A DNA stretch of 63,853 nucleotides, the filler included, from Octopus bimaculoides (Eukaryota): assembly GCF_001194135.2 (NCBI RefSeq). It is 8 parts of 8 records of this genome, joined end to end, with 100 filler letters (N's around TTAATTAATTAA, not from the genome) between each part and the next. Parts side by side here need not be neighbours in the genome. Positions count along the whole stretch, not along the records: positions 1 to 22,042 come from NC_068987.1; 7 more parts are not named here. One strand, 5' to 3'. Below, one piece after another: positions 1-12,999 of the stretch (the stretch's first letter is position 1; each line of letters begins with the position of its first letter). A model generated the notes under the pieces. It worked only from the letters and a program-made list of their open reading frames with translations, did no database searches and was not told where the DNA came from. Both the position numbers and the translations under genes were made by a program.

Positions 1-560
1 AAAGGAAAAAAGGAGGAAATGGTCGAACAAGATATCAGACGATCAGACAAGAGCAAGGATGGAAGGAAAGGTAATTGGAAGAGTTGGTTTTAAAAATATC
101 AAAACTGATTATTTACGATAAGGATTTAATATTGGAAAAGAAAATTGCAAAAATAAAAGGTTTAGTAAGGGTAAGACTGGACCCTGAAACGGTTGAGGAA
201 AAAAAGAAAGCGATATTGGTGGAAGACCATGTGATGCAGAGACTGCAACAGATACACCCGGACAAGTTTCAAATAAGTGGATTATACGTGGGCTACGACA
301 CCCGGCCAAGTGTAGTAACGCTAGAGGAGCTGTGGCCACTTACAATTGCTAAAGAAAAAACATGATTATTAACTGTATGAGAGAACTGTTAAATGAAACT
401 GCGAGCTTTGGGGGACTCGTAAGCCATTGCATCACCTCATTATAAGTAATTCATTTCATTCATCATTCATTCTTTGTACCCCACGTACTGTATTGCTTTG
501 TCTGTCCTTGTAGTGTCCCCCTCTGCGTTAAGGCCTAAGTGCCGAATAAAGAAAGTGATG
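1..560 (+). mobile_element. Probable 3' end of a degenerate non-LTR retrotransposon (RLE-type C-terminus suspected) with 3' UTR
   Basis: Frame 3 reads ...IRQEQGWKER*LEELVLKISKLIIYDKD...EKKIAK...LQQIHPDKFQISGLYVG..., stop at 365. Spacing loosely resembles the GW..EE..PD-LII / K..KY / GL.VG pattern of restriction-like endonuclease domains. AATAAA at ~545. Classification is weak. Confidence 0.35.
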
Positions 561-1155
561 TCTGTGTGTCTTTTTTACCCTGAAGAAGGGGTTATCACTA
601 ATTAGTGCAGTATTGTGTCCTAAATACGGTGATATACCCCCGAAATGACCATAGGTGTTCTGTGTTTGTATTCCACCTATACTTGTAATCCACTGTAAAC
701 GATGTGTATGGTTTGACTTTACTGATGTTACATGCGGAATGGTGAAACTTGGATTTTACTTTGCCACACACTGGGTCTTCTGGTGTTGTTTTGGCCCGTG
801 CGCTTCGGTATTCCTGTTTATGAAATTGGATTTTACCAACTAAATTTGCTGTCATGAGGGAGGTAGTTGAACTTTCGTACTATTTATCTTGAACTTCTTT
901 TGTTGGCTATTGGCCTCAGCGAATGAACTGTTGTGCTACGTTTCCTAAGTTTATTTTCTTTCTCTCTCTCTCTCTCTCTCTCTNNNNNNNNNNNNNNNNN
1001 NNNNNNNNNNNNNNNNNNNNNNNNNNNNNNNNNNNNNNNNNNNNNNNNNNNNNNNNNNNNNNNNNNNNNNNNNNNNNNNNNNNNNNNNNNNNNNNNNNNN
1101 NNNNNNNNNNNNNNNNNNNNNNNNNNNNNNNNNATATATATATATATATATATAT

Positions 1156-1450
1156 ACTCTTTAACTCTTTTACTTGTTTCAATCTTTTGACTGTGGCCAT
1201 TCTGGAGCACCGCCTTTAGTCGACGAAATCGACCCCAGGACTTATTCTTTGGAAGCCTAGTACTGATTCTATCGGTCTCTTTTGCCGAACCGCTAAGTTA
1301 CGGGGACATAAACACACCAGCATCGGTTTTCAAGCGATGTTGGGGGGACAAACACAGACATACAGACACATATACATATATATATATACATAGATACGAC
1401 TGGCTTCTTTCAGTTTCCGTCTACCAAATACACTGACAAGGCATTGGTCG
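1156..1450 (-). mobile_element. SINE family A (CORE-like tRNA-derived Octopus-type SINE), head lost
   Basis: High similarity to the full copy at 57283-57688 (ctcttttacttgtttca...gaaccgctaagttacgggg...ttccgtctaccaaat); ends against (TA)n. Confidence 0.85.
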
Positions 1451-1624
1451 TATATATATATATATATATATATATACGCAGGGGTTATACAATCCGTACT
1501 ACCTATCTATGTATCTATCTGTCTACCCATCTATCCACCTACATACTACCTGCTTATTCACAAATGTACCTACGTATGTATACTCTGTGGGTATTTGGGT
1601 GCCTCTATGTTGTACATATATTTC

Positions 1625-2215
1625 CTATTTAGTACTCGGGATATTTCACTTATGACGACGCACTGTTGTATTTGTCGAAGTGGCGGACCTTTCGAGTGCA
1701 TGGATAAAATGTAGTTGCCAATTCGGTCAAGTGTGCTTCCATGTGAGTATTCGGCATGTTGGTCGACAATGGAAAACTGTTTGTTTGTCATATCTCCTCC
1801 AGTGTACATTTATCTTCTCTTCTATACTCCTAGATGTCTCACCAATGTATATCCCGTGTATGTCCTTATATGCACCTTATGCTGTAGACTACGTTTATAG
1901 TTTTACAGTTAACGCCAGTGTTAATCTGATATTCTACGGACTTCTCATTAAAACGTGTGATATTCTCGAAGGGGTACATCGTACGTAACTGTGATCTGAT
2001 GCAACTCCTTGGTTTCTCAATGATATCAGCGTTGAGTTTGATCTCCCTAGCGACGCTCCTAAATCTACAGGAAGACTCCCCATAGGGTGTGGGCTCTATA
2101 GACATCACTCCTTGATATATTTCAGCCCTCTACCATGTGTTTATATTGTTTGCTTTGTCACAAACACACTGTACATTATTCCAGATTTCATCGCCGTACC
2201 TAGGCCGGGCGTCAC
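1625..2215 (-). mobile_element. Penelope-like element relic, GIY-YIG endonuclease region
   Basis: Minus strand reads NCKTINVVYSIRC (1872-1910), then after a frameshift IYIGETSRSIERR (~1815-1853): the C..NVVY.I.C...YIGET.R motif of PLE GIY-YIG domains. Stops and frameshifts present. Confidence 0.75.
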
Positions 2216-4423
2216 TGGCATCATTGCATTTGAATTTATTTAATGTCCTAGTTTCACTAAATATAATATAGTTCACAATTGCACACCGAAAATATGTTCC
2301 TTATTCTAAAATCTTTACACAAATTATCGCTCTGTATCGTCTGTTCCATGCAACAAGAAGAGCTATACATACTTTGAAATTGATAGATAAATACCATGTA
2401 AATGTGATGTCAACGATGAAAGGGTAGCCATCGATAATTATACAAGTAAAGAAAAAGAAAAATAATGATAGAGTTTATTCATTACAAGTTTGTATCCCAC
2501 GAACCCTTTGCGGTTCCAGTATTGCTATAATCATATATGATACTTGCCTTATCTGTAAAGTAAAATCGCTGCGATGATCAAGATATGAATTGCAAAATCT
2601 GATTCAACCAGTGATATTAAGATATTTTCGAAAGAAAATAGGACTGAAAACACTGAAGATCAGTGCAAAAACCACAAGAGTATCATATGATATCACTAAG
2701 AGAATACCCGCTGAATAATTGAAGAGAAAATATATATTTCACGGAACTGCTCAAAAATGATATGAGTAGTTGTGCAGACAGTTACGTGTCTTGTAATGTT
2801 ACTCAAGAAATACACGCGAAACAACGGCAAAGAACATTAAATGTTTCAACAAAGTTCTCAGAAATGAAATGAATATCATCCTACGTGTCAGTAGTAGCCT
2901 TTTCAAGAAATGATGTCTTACAAATAAAACTACCACGTAAACCATAAAATGCGCAGCAGGTACATTACTGATAAAATCTCTGTGTGGAGTAGTAATTATA
3001 TCTGACTTTCGTGCAGTTAGATAAGTAGAAATCATTGTTGTTATCCTAAATCCAGTACTGCAGACTTTGCTTGTGTTAGGAACGAACTCTTGTAGGAATT
3101 CTTGCCCGAATTCTAATGTAAAGAATTCTATGTTCGTACATGTAAAGTGAAATAACGAGTTGGCTTTAATTTTGGACTATCTCAAGCAAAACATTTCTCG
3201 AATCACTTAAAGTTACTTAGTATGTTTAAAAGGCAATTTATTCCTTACTTATATAGTTTTACATTGGATCATCTCTATCTTCATATGAGCAGCTACTTAT
3301 ATATTGACATCATTTTATTTTCATTCATAATGATCATTTAAATTAGTACTAATTAAATATAAATTAGGTATCTTTTAGCTAATAATTGCTGATATAAATG
3401 CTTGTGCGTTGGTTTCCTGGTTCCTCTCTCTAATCATGCTTTACAACGTACATATAGAGAGAGAATGTAGAAGAGTGAAAGAAAGAGGTAGACGCTGGCT
3501 GAGTTTACATTCTGGGTTATTTGGCAGGCAGTGTGTAAAATATGGTAAACTCACGCGCAATCAGAAAGAGATAACACGTTAAGAGAGGAAGTAAATGACA
3601 AAGTATACATGACAGGAGACATGCAGATGGAGACAGTTAGTTTTATTTAAATTACTTTTAAAGTGACGAGTATTTTGCTTTGAAAAATTTAAACTCATTT
3701 CAGCGTTTTGATTCCTACCAAAGAAATTAACAAATGCTAAATCATAATTATTGTATATATGACATTATCGCTGATATCAAGCATGATGTCAAAAGTATAC
3801 TTCCAAAGTTATCCGCCATACAATGGATAAGTCACACGAGAAATCATATTTATATATCTCTTAATTTCTAAGTACTTATTCCTTTAGTTGTTCTACTGGA
3901 ATGTTTCTGGTGAAGTATCACGACATATAGCAGTGAAACCTTTAACTAAGAAATGTCAGTGAATTTCTGGATGTTTCTGTGGGGTTGCAATACGTTTGTA
4001 TATGAAGGGAAAATGTTCTTAGTTCTTATGATTAAAAGTATTCATTTCTTGTCTATATTTTTCATATTCTTGAACATCATTGAATATATTTATTCCTGTA
4101 TAATAACGTGTTTATAATAACGCCCTCGATATTGGTGAGATATAGAAATGGGGTCAAATATCCTGATATACTGATCAGTAAAATTGATAATTTACACGGT
4201 AGCTTTATGATGGCTTACATCTTGGCCCTAGTCTATATATTTCTTAAAAGAAGACCTTATAAAGTACGAATCATATATAATTTAGAGCATACGTATCATT
4301 TTACCGTGAAAGGAAAATTGCCCCACTGCTTATCTCACGTGTCTTCTATATACCATAATTGCAGTGTAAATCCCATAAAATCATGACTGCATTCAAGGTT
4401 TAATAATAGTAATCTTAAAAGTG

Positions 4424-4461
<38 letters not shown>

Positions 4462-4861
4462 NNNNNNNNNNNNNNNNNNNNNNNNNNNNNNNNNNNNNNN
4501 NNNNNNNNNNNNNNNNNNNNNNNNNNNNNNATATATATATATATCCAGTATCAATTACATACCCAGAAGTAGAATGGCAGACATATTTAAAGAGTCACAA
4601 AATTATCACGAAATAGTTACTTTCTTCTATCAATATGTTTCATTATTTCTGTAAGTCCTCTTGTTTGTTTTTGTTTTTTTTATCTAACAGTGAAGCAAAG
4701 AAATAATTCCTCAGACGTAATTGATTCTGTAAATGTCTGGATAATTGTCATCTTCTGCAAATATGAATATCAAAGATATATAATAAAATAATATCTTATA
4801 CACAAAATTTATATTTGTAAATTCATTACATCTAATATAAATTAAATATGATATTTCATGT

Positions 4862-5075
4862 AAAAGCCGGGCGAAATGCTTAGCGGTACTTCGTCTGCCG
4901 TTACGTTCTGAGTTCAAATTCCGCCGAGGTCGACTTTGCCTTTCATCCTTTCGGGGTCGATAAATTAAGTACCAGTTACGCACTGGGGTCGATGTAATCG
5001 ACTTAATCCGTTGGTCTGTTCTTGTTTGTTCCCTCTATGTTTAGCCCCTTGTGGGCAATAACGAAATAGGTATAT
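4862..5075 (+). mobile_element. SINE family B (tRNA-derived head, Sauria/Meta-like central domain), 5'-truncated
   Basis: gccgggcgaaatgcttagcgg...gaggtcgactttgcctttcatcctttcggggtcgataaattaagtacc; near-identical to the copy at 50899-51150. Confidence 0.85.
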
Positions 5076-5559
5076 GATAGAATAGCCTTCCTGAAACAGG
5101 TCCATCATCGGTTATATATCTGATTCCGAGTTCATCAAAAATTAACAATGTTGGCTTCTATGTTGCCGTAGAGTTTGCTGCTTAATCTAAATATCACATA
5201 TAGTCGCACATGATCAGGATGAACAGGATTGCGGCCATGAAGAAACCTTCTTTACGGAGTATATTTCTCTTCAGATTCCCGTGTGCCGTGCCCTTATTTG
5301 AGACGTTATGGACTGTGTTTCGAGAGACCGTAATTTGCAGCAAGGAAAACCACAAAACAATTTTCCATTTTTAATGGCAATTTTTCATGAAGCTAAATGA
5401 CACTGGGTTCTTTAAGGATTTTTGGAACTTTTCTAGTCTGTTAGTATAACACCAGGAATAAAAAAAAAATGCTATGTTTCGTAAATAGATCTTCCACAAC
5501 TATTTATATAGTTTGCTTGGTTACCGACAGTTTCTTACGACTAATAAATTAAATTCATC

Positions 5560-6050
5560 TCTGGGAATAGCGTTCTTCCTCAGCTAATGGAAGGTTGCAA
5601 AGTTTCTTTTCATTCTTAAAACTAATAACTCGATTTAAATTAGATAACATGTCCATTCATCAAAGTGGCTGATCACATCATTTTCTCTGCAACCACAACC
5701 GAATGAAATTGACTTAAGCCAATGTGTAAATAGAAAGGGAAATTCGGTTCGTCATTAACTAGTTAAATTAATTAACACTCTATGGAAACGTGTCATGAAA
5801 CTGTTAACTTAGGTTATGCAATTCTAATGGATTTCTCAAATGCATTTGATGCAATCAATTGCAAATTAATTGTTAATAATCTTACAAACTTTGATGTTAA
5901 TCCTTCATTTATATCCTGTATGCTACGCAGATTCAATAATTGAAGAAACCAATACTGCATTTATCAAAGACTGCACATAAGATAATAATTCACAGTGGAC
6001 TACCCCACCATTATGTTTTTAGTGAATATAGATATAATATTCGTAAATAA
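5560..6050 (+). mobile_element. Degenerate L2/CR1-type LINE reverse transcriptase fragment
   Basis: Reads ...WKVAKFLFILK... and ILMDFSNAFDAINCKLIVNNLTNFDVN, matching RT motifs WK.A.V.PI.K and DFSKAFD.V.H..L..KL. Confidence 0.55.
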
Positions 6051-8749
6051 ATGTACTTTATAAAGCGAAATAATTTTTATAATTAAGTATTTCATCAATG
6101 AAAAAATAATGTAGGAAACGTGCAAACAAATATTCCATGAATGCATGCGATACATTTCGTTAGAATTTGTTGTTTAAGACGAAAGAGGAATATTATTCAA
6201 TAAATTACTCTGAATTCTAATTGCTGGATGGAAATGTTTCTGTTGCTAAGCTGCAAGACATAACCTTTTACGCGTTCCAGATCGAAGTGTATGAATATTG
6301 TAGGAAGGATAAAACGAAGAGGATATAGTACCATAAAGGTGTGTTAGTGAATCAAAATACATAGTCCCGCGAATTTGTAGTTTCACAGAGGTTGTAACTA
6401 ATTCGTTCTAACTTTCTTGCCCTACAGGTGTGCATAGCATATACACTAGAAATACAATGCGATGATATCGCATTTTATGATTAAACCAATATCAACTATG
6501 ACGTATCGATCCTGGATATCTATTTCTCTCCCTCTCTGTATATATATANNNNNNNNNNNNNNNNNNNNNNNNNNNNNNNNNNNNNNNNNNNNNNNNNNNN
6601 NNNNNNNNNNNNNNNNNNNNNNNNTATATACATATATGTATATATATAATTTATATATAATTTATATATAAATTTATATATAAATTTATAAATTTATTTT
6701 CAAGTAAATGCAATAAATTTCACATTCTGTAATTAAAAATATATTGAATCAAGATATATTGTTTCAGAAACCAGGTTTGATCTTAGATTAAATCGATGTT
6801 TGAAGCGAGTCATAATAAATGAAATTTTAAAATACACTAATAATTTTATCCGTCATTTGTTATAATGTTCGTTTATTTTTGTACTAAAGAAGAAAGCATG
6901 GTGTCAAGAGTGATTATGAATTACTGAACTTCCATAAAATTTATGTGCTATTGCGACATGAACTACTACCCATGCAATGGGAAAATAAATAGCAGACTGC
7001 TTGGGGTAACAGCAATAAATTTCATCGTCATGAATTTCTATCCCATCCTCAAGTTTATGTCAGACTAGCAGATAAAGCAATTTTATCAGAAGAGCTGTTT
7101 TTCTTTTCGTAACTGGAGAATGGCGCCTATTCTGCTCAATGAAAAAAACAACAACTCAGTAATCCAAACAAGGATCGCAATAGAATTCAAATTGTTTGAT
7201 TACGTAAGTATTGACAACAAAGGAGAGCCGTAGAAATCAAATAACAGTTCTAGAGTTGTAATACATTTTATTTGCAAAAATAAATCTTGTGTCTAAAATT
7301 TTACGAGATTCAACATAACGCTTCAGCTTTAAATATAGACATGACTTAAACAGAATGAAAGGGAATGTATACCCTTAACATATATATAATAATTTAACAA
7401 AAAAATAATAAAAGACAGTGAATCAAAAGCCGGCAGCATCATTAATATCTGGTCCAAGTCCGAAACGTGATTATCTGAGCTTTGTGATTTATATATTCTC
7501 CTCAAACATAACACAAAAACAATTGTTTTTCAAATTTCCACACGAGATATGGCGGTTACTACCAGACTGGCAACAGTGGAAACCATAATATAGTGAAGCT
7601 TGTGATGAACCTTCTTGCACAACCTACTAGAATGAGGGGACAGACATGAAGACACTAGAATCTAACTTTAAAAACGATAATATATTTGCGAATGTTTCCC
7701 TGAACCATGAGAATCACGTCTATCGCGTTTTTTCTTATATCAGGACTAATGTTTTGTGGAAGCCTAATATACAATGCAATCACAATGACATATTCTTTGC
7801 ATTTATTCCGCACCCTCTTGATAATGAGATAAAATCCTGTTATGGTTAATAAATTCCATAACCGAAAAGTAAATATAATAGTAAACAAATCGCCTTCATA
7901 CAATATGGACACCTAGATTGAATTTATCCATATGTAACATGAATAATATGCATTCCTGCCAAAGTAAGTAGAATAAAAACGCAATAGGACAAAAAGGGCT
8001 TTAATTTCTATTCAATAGCTAAATAATACGTTTGACGATTCTGAATATTTTACATCAAATACAGAGGATATATAACACAATCTCTGATATGACATAGAAC
8101 TAGAGCAGATATTTAACTTCCTTGATTGGTTGTTGTATCAAAATTTAATGTGGGATATATTTAGGAGTCGCATACTAATAAGTCGCTGAGAAACCAGCGA
8201 AGAAATTGCTCCCATATAATGATTATAATGGGAGTCAGGTTGATAATCTGCGTTCCTCAGCAATCAATATTAATGTAAGGACTACATATGCAGCCACATT
8301 CGAGAATGCTGTTCCCAGAATAAAATGAAGATTTATAGTAAACAAAGATTACTCTTTGAGAAAAAAAAACTGTATTGAACACAAATCCATGCATATATAA
8401 CGTCCAAATACACTCAGCTAACATACACACTCATACATGCACAGATACGTGCATACGCAGACACAAGCAGCAACACATTTATATATGTATATATATCTAT
8501 ATATGTATATATATATACCTACATTTAGATTAACATGTATTCCTATATATTATATTACATTACCTACTGACTTTTTGTTTCAAATTACTTTTAAAGAATG
8601 AATCCTATAAAACAAGTGCGATAGAAAATTTGGAATACAATACAACTTTTAAATAGTGTAAATAATTCTTACTTATAAAGTCTTACAAAGGTTAATTATA
8701 ATAAAACATTGAAATTTAAAATTGCTTTTTATGAAAAGCCTGAGTGGTG

Positions 8750-9450
8750 TTAGCCGCTGCAACCGCTGTGGTATAAATGAGAGGAAATAAATAGTTGCAA
8801 TAAGGCATAGAAGCCAAGGTTTCGGTGACATAGATCAGCTATTCTATTGACAAAGCTAAACTAAACCTCCAATGTACCGAACCATTTAAGAGTGGGCTGC
8901 AATGTTGCAATTCAATATTGCTTTCAATGACGCAAGTGTTTATTTTAAGAAAACAGATTTGATAGTTGATCTGAATGGTGGTTTCTGTCAACTACGAGAA
9001 TGACATATCTTAGTGTCGATAGTAATAAAATTTCACATTGGTAATTTTTATGAGATAAATGGTTCTTTGCTGTGACTTGTGGGTTTAATCACTGTTGATC
9101 GGAATGTGATCTTATAAGTATTTTGTTATAAGAAAATTCGCAGATCTTATGTCGAAATATCTTAATGGTCGACGTAATTATATAGACACTACATCGATTT
9201 TACAGAAACATAACGGTAGTGTTTGAAGTACCGCACATTTTATAGATATACAATGTCGGATATATTGAAATCATTTAGTATTAATTCTATTGAAGCATTT
9301 AAACGTGGTTTGCAACGGACCAGGTGAAATATAATTGTAATGGAATATTTTAATGACGATTGCAATAGACAAACCTGATGCTGGTTGTAAAACTACAACT
9401 CATTAATAGTTATAAGTAGTCCTACACTTTCTGGAATAATTGTCTTCTAA
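8750..9450 (+). mobile_element. Very degenerate L2/CR1-like LINE C-terminal relic
   Basis: Faint W...Q..FN, (Y)L.V and Y..L..SIE remnants across frames; many stops. Confidence 0.25.
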
Positions 9451-10480
9451 TATGATTCTTAGAAAATTTCTCAACATTGTGTGCACTAATAAATTTTTTG
9501 AAGTGTCATGGCTCTTGATTCTCTCTTGTGTGTCAAATCTTATGCTTCAGAGCCCCTGGCTAATATCTTTGCCTGGCAGAATCAGATGCCATTTGTCTTA
9601 GACGAAGTTCGTATGCTGATATCAGATTAAAATTTTTGATAAGTTCCTTTCCAGTCAACTTGCCCTTACCTCCATATGATATAGGCACCAATGGAAACTC
9701 GGTGCATGGGTCTGCGGTCATAGAGGTATTGTTAATTTAATTTTGATTACGATAAAATTGAAAATATGAAAGAAGTGGGTTGCATTGCAAGATGCCACTC
9801 AGAATTCGTTTGACAAGTATCGTCATAGGATAAAACAAAAAGAACTCTAACAATTTTGGAATATTTCTGCTATGATCACAAAGAAGTTAATGTTGAAAAG
9901 TTAAAAAGTTAAAGGGTTTTTTTTCCTAAAAAAAAAAAAGAAAATGAAAAAGAATAAAAAATGTTTGGAAAAATATCGAAATAGCGTAATCAGTAACATA
10001 AGATATATAATTTTGTATTTGATTCCCATCTGAAGTTTCTGTGTCTAATTAATGGAAAAATCAAGGCATATAATAGAAGAAATACGAACGCTGAACACAT
10101 ATTTCCTTGTTTAGCATCTTTTCAATACACATCACACTGTCTAATTACCAACGCCATTCCATTCATAGCCATTAAATACTTCATGTTTCCAAAGATATAT
10201 AGCACTACATTGACTGATGTTTCTTTTATTTTTTACCGTTACTAAATATTTCCAAGGGATTTTAAAGTTTATTTCCGACAAACCATGACAAATATAATAT
10301 TGACAGGTGATACTGGTGGGTTTTGTTAAAATATTATAGCAATGTCTAAAATGTCCGTTTTTAATTTCCATTTGTAGGCGTGTGGCTTAGTAGGAAGGGT
10401 ATTCATCTCACAACCGTATGGTCGGGTGTTCAGTTCCTGACAACACCTAGCGGGCTTGCGCAAGACATTTTAGTTCAAGT

Positions 10481-10594
10481 TGTTATAGTCCACGTAGCTA
10501 GCAAGCTTCAGTTGAACCTCGGTTAAACTGTTAGATACTATAGCTTAATAGTGAATAAATAAATCGGGTTTGTGACGTGTGATAGGTGATAAGA
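10481..10594 (+). repeat. 114-bp direct repeat, copy 1 (apparent donor)
   Basis: Identical by eye to 11588-11701. Confidence 0.95.
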
Positions 10595-11208
10595 GAAATA
10601 CGGATGTTTAATGAAAATTACTAGCTGTAGAATAAGGTGAAAACTCTGCATTTAAATTAAAATTCAATATACGCGGGCGTAGATCGCATGAAACTCTATA
10701 CAATTCCTGGAAAGAAGGAAAAGAAACTGAAAACAGTTTTGTTTCCATATCATTAGGATATCACATTTAAACATTTGCTATTGGCAGATGAAAAGTACAT
10801 GAATGGATGGTCGTAGTCTGGTTTATTTTGATATATTTTGTCTGTTTCCTTTTAGACTTCGTCTTTCTTTAGAATAGCAGTTCTATTTTGAAAATATTAT
10901 GAATAAATTAAGTGAATTTTCTCATTTCCTATTACAGCAGTTCAGTAAAATAATGTAAAGCAATCTTTATTAATATTGTCATAGATGACGATGAGCTGTA
11001 AAGTTTGGTTATTTGTTTCATACGTATATCGTTTGACACAATTAATTTTACTTCTGTACGACACTTTTTCTTTCTTTGCACTTTCATTATATGCTTTAAA
11101 ATGAACACCAATACACAACCTACATGCATTTACGTCTATCTGTCATTTCACCCTGTATTTCTGTTTTTCTATCTGACTATCTCTATACCTATCTGACTAT
11201 CTCTATAC

Positions 11209-11249
<41 letters not shown>

Positions 11250-11399
11250 CATCTATCTACCTGTCTGTCTGCCTGCCTAACTGTCTATCTATATAATTAT
11301 ATATCTATCTATCGCACCTTTCTCTCCCACTATCTGGCTATATAGATATATGTGTGTGTGCCTGTTTGTTTGCATGTGTGTGTGTCTGTGTGCGCGCGC

Positions 11400-12000
11400 G
11401 CGTGAGCTCGGGAATGGGTAAGTCTACACCTCAATGAATATCTCGAAAAATGGTCTTTGAAATTGTAATCGATGATAAGATATCGGCCTACTTAAGATAT
11501 GTTTCACGAAGCGCTCTATTACTCTGTAATTTCTGTGTTTTCGACATATTTTGAAATCATTAGTCATATTATTAGACATCCTTGGAGTGTTATAGTCCAC
11601 GTAGCTAGCAAGCTTCAGTTGAACCTCGGTTAAACTGTTAGATACTATAGCTTAATAGTGAATAAATAAATCGGGTTTGTGACGTGTGATAGGTGATAAG
11701 ATAGACATCCTTGGAGTGTGTCTACTTCCCATTTTAAGAGACATTGCTCATTCTGTAATACTGAGGGCAAATATTCTACCACACTGGCAAATTGCTTCCG
11801 AACTCTAAAGCTAAAATATTTCGAGTTACGTCACGTTTTCGGCAATTAGTACTGCAATATTTTACCAGGATACCCATACCACATGTCCTTTGTGCACCAA
11901 AACATTCCTTGAGATACTGCGCGAGATTAAGTAGATTATTCTTAATAATCTGCATAGAATAGTCACTTTGTATGGGCATATCTTTTTCAAAACGTTTTCT
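11400..12000 (-). mobile_element. Possible Penelope-like relic (post-RT region)
   Basis: Minus strand has a GYP.KI-like stretch (WYGYPGKILQ) typical of the PLE region after RT; otherwise degenerate. Confidence 0.25.
11573..11719 (+). repeat. 114-bp direct repeat, copy 2, flanked by 18-bp direct repeats
   Basis: tagacatccttggagtgt at 11573-11590 and 11702-11719 brackets the copy (11588-11701). Confidence 0.95.
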
Positions 12001-12696
12001 TGTAACTCTATATCGACAGAAATCAGTCGATTTAGATAATTATACCCTCGTATTATGATCTGGGAATCTCATCCCTTGTTTCATATATTTCACTATTAGT
12101 CCTTTTTACAGTTATTAACTTGGCCTATGTAGAAAAGTAACATACATAAATTTCAATAGATTTTTTCAAAGTCTTTCATTTTCTATATTCTTTTTTTTTA
12201 TTTTATAATAATTCAATATATAGTTTCATCTATATATGATTTTTTTACTTCTTATATTTTTTTTAATGTCTCTATATTTATTTACACGCTTGGATATATA
12301 CTAAATCAGGTCTTGAAGAAGTCGTACGTGCTTCTTCTGACAGAAGAGGGGTTATTTCGTTTTGTCCACCCTTTCGTTCTGAAAGATTTCCTTTTAAACT
12401 CCTACCTCTGCTCCACACTCTTCACTCATACATGTGCGTCCTGTCAAGCTTCTTAAAGCAACAGAAAACTACATTTCTTTGTTTGTGATTCTTTAAAATC
12501 TTTTCTTTTCCATTCTTATTTTTTTTCCATCTTACATACTTCTCTCACTACTGCCCCGTCTTTATATTTTACTAAAACACCTTTGCTTTTAAACTCACGT
12601 TCATATGCTACATCCTATAAAAAATCATTCCATCGTCAGTAACTATTATTACTAATACACCTCTTCCTCTCTCGTGCCTGTGTAAATTCTAGAATT

Positions 12697-12739
<43 letters not shown>

Positions 12740-12999
12740 ATATGTATATATACACTAGGGAAGTCACGAATTATGCGCACTTTCCCTAAAACTTTCATTA
12801 GGCTGGTGGCACTCTCTCTTCAGCACTCGCAGGCTAAAATGTGGTACGCTTTCGATTACGTGATTAATAATTCTTAAAACTAGATAGTTTAACCCTTTTC
12901 TGTCTGGCTTATTTCTGCTCTATATACTTTCGATGCTTGAATTTGTAGGTAAAACGTTAAAATCAATATATTTACGCATCATACAGTTAAGAAGAAATT

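Noticed and set aside
2799-3170. ~120-codon stop-free minus-strand stretch (FTCTNIEFF...VFLE)
   Set aside because: No recognisable domain, no convincing splice sites or start context; compatible with chance.
3400-3660. Cluster of forkhead-like motifs (GTAAAC, GTAAAT, GTTTAC)
   Set aside because: Short AT-rich motifs are expected by chance; no independent support for an enhancer.
4651-4690. GTAAGT...CTAACAG pair resembling a plus-strand intron
   Set aside because: Only 40 nt long, and the flanking readings give no coherent ORF.
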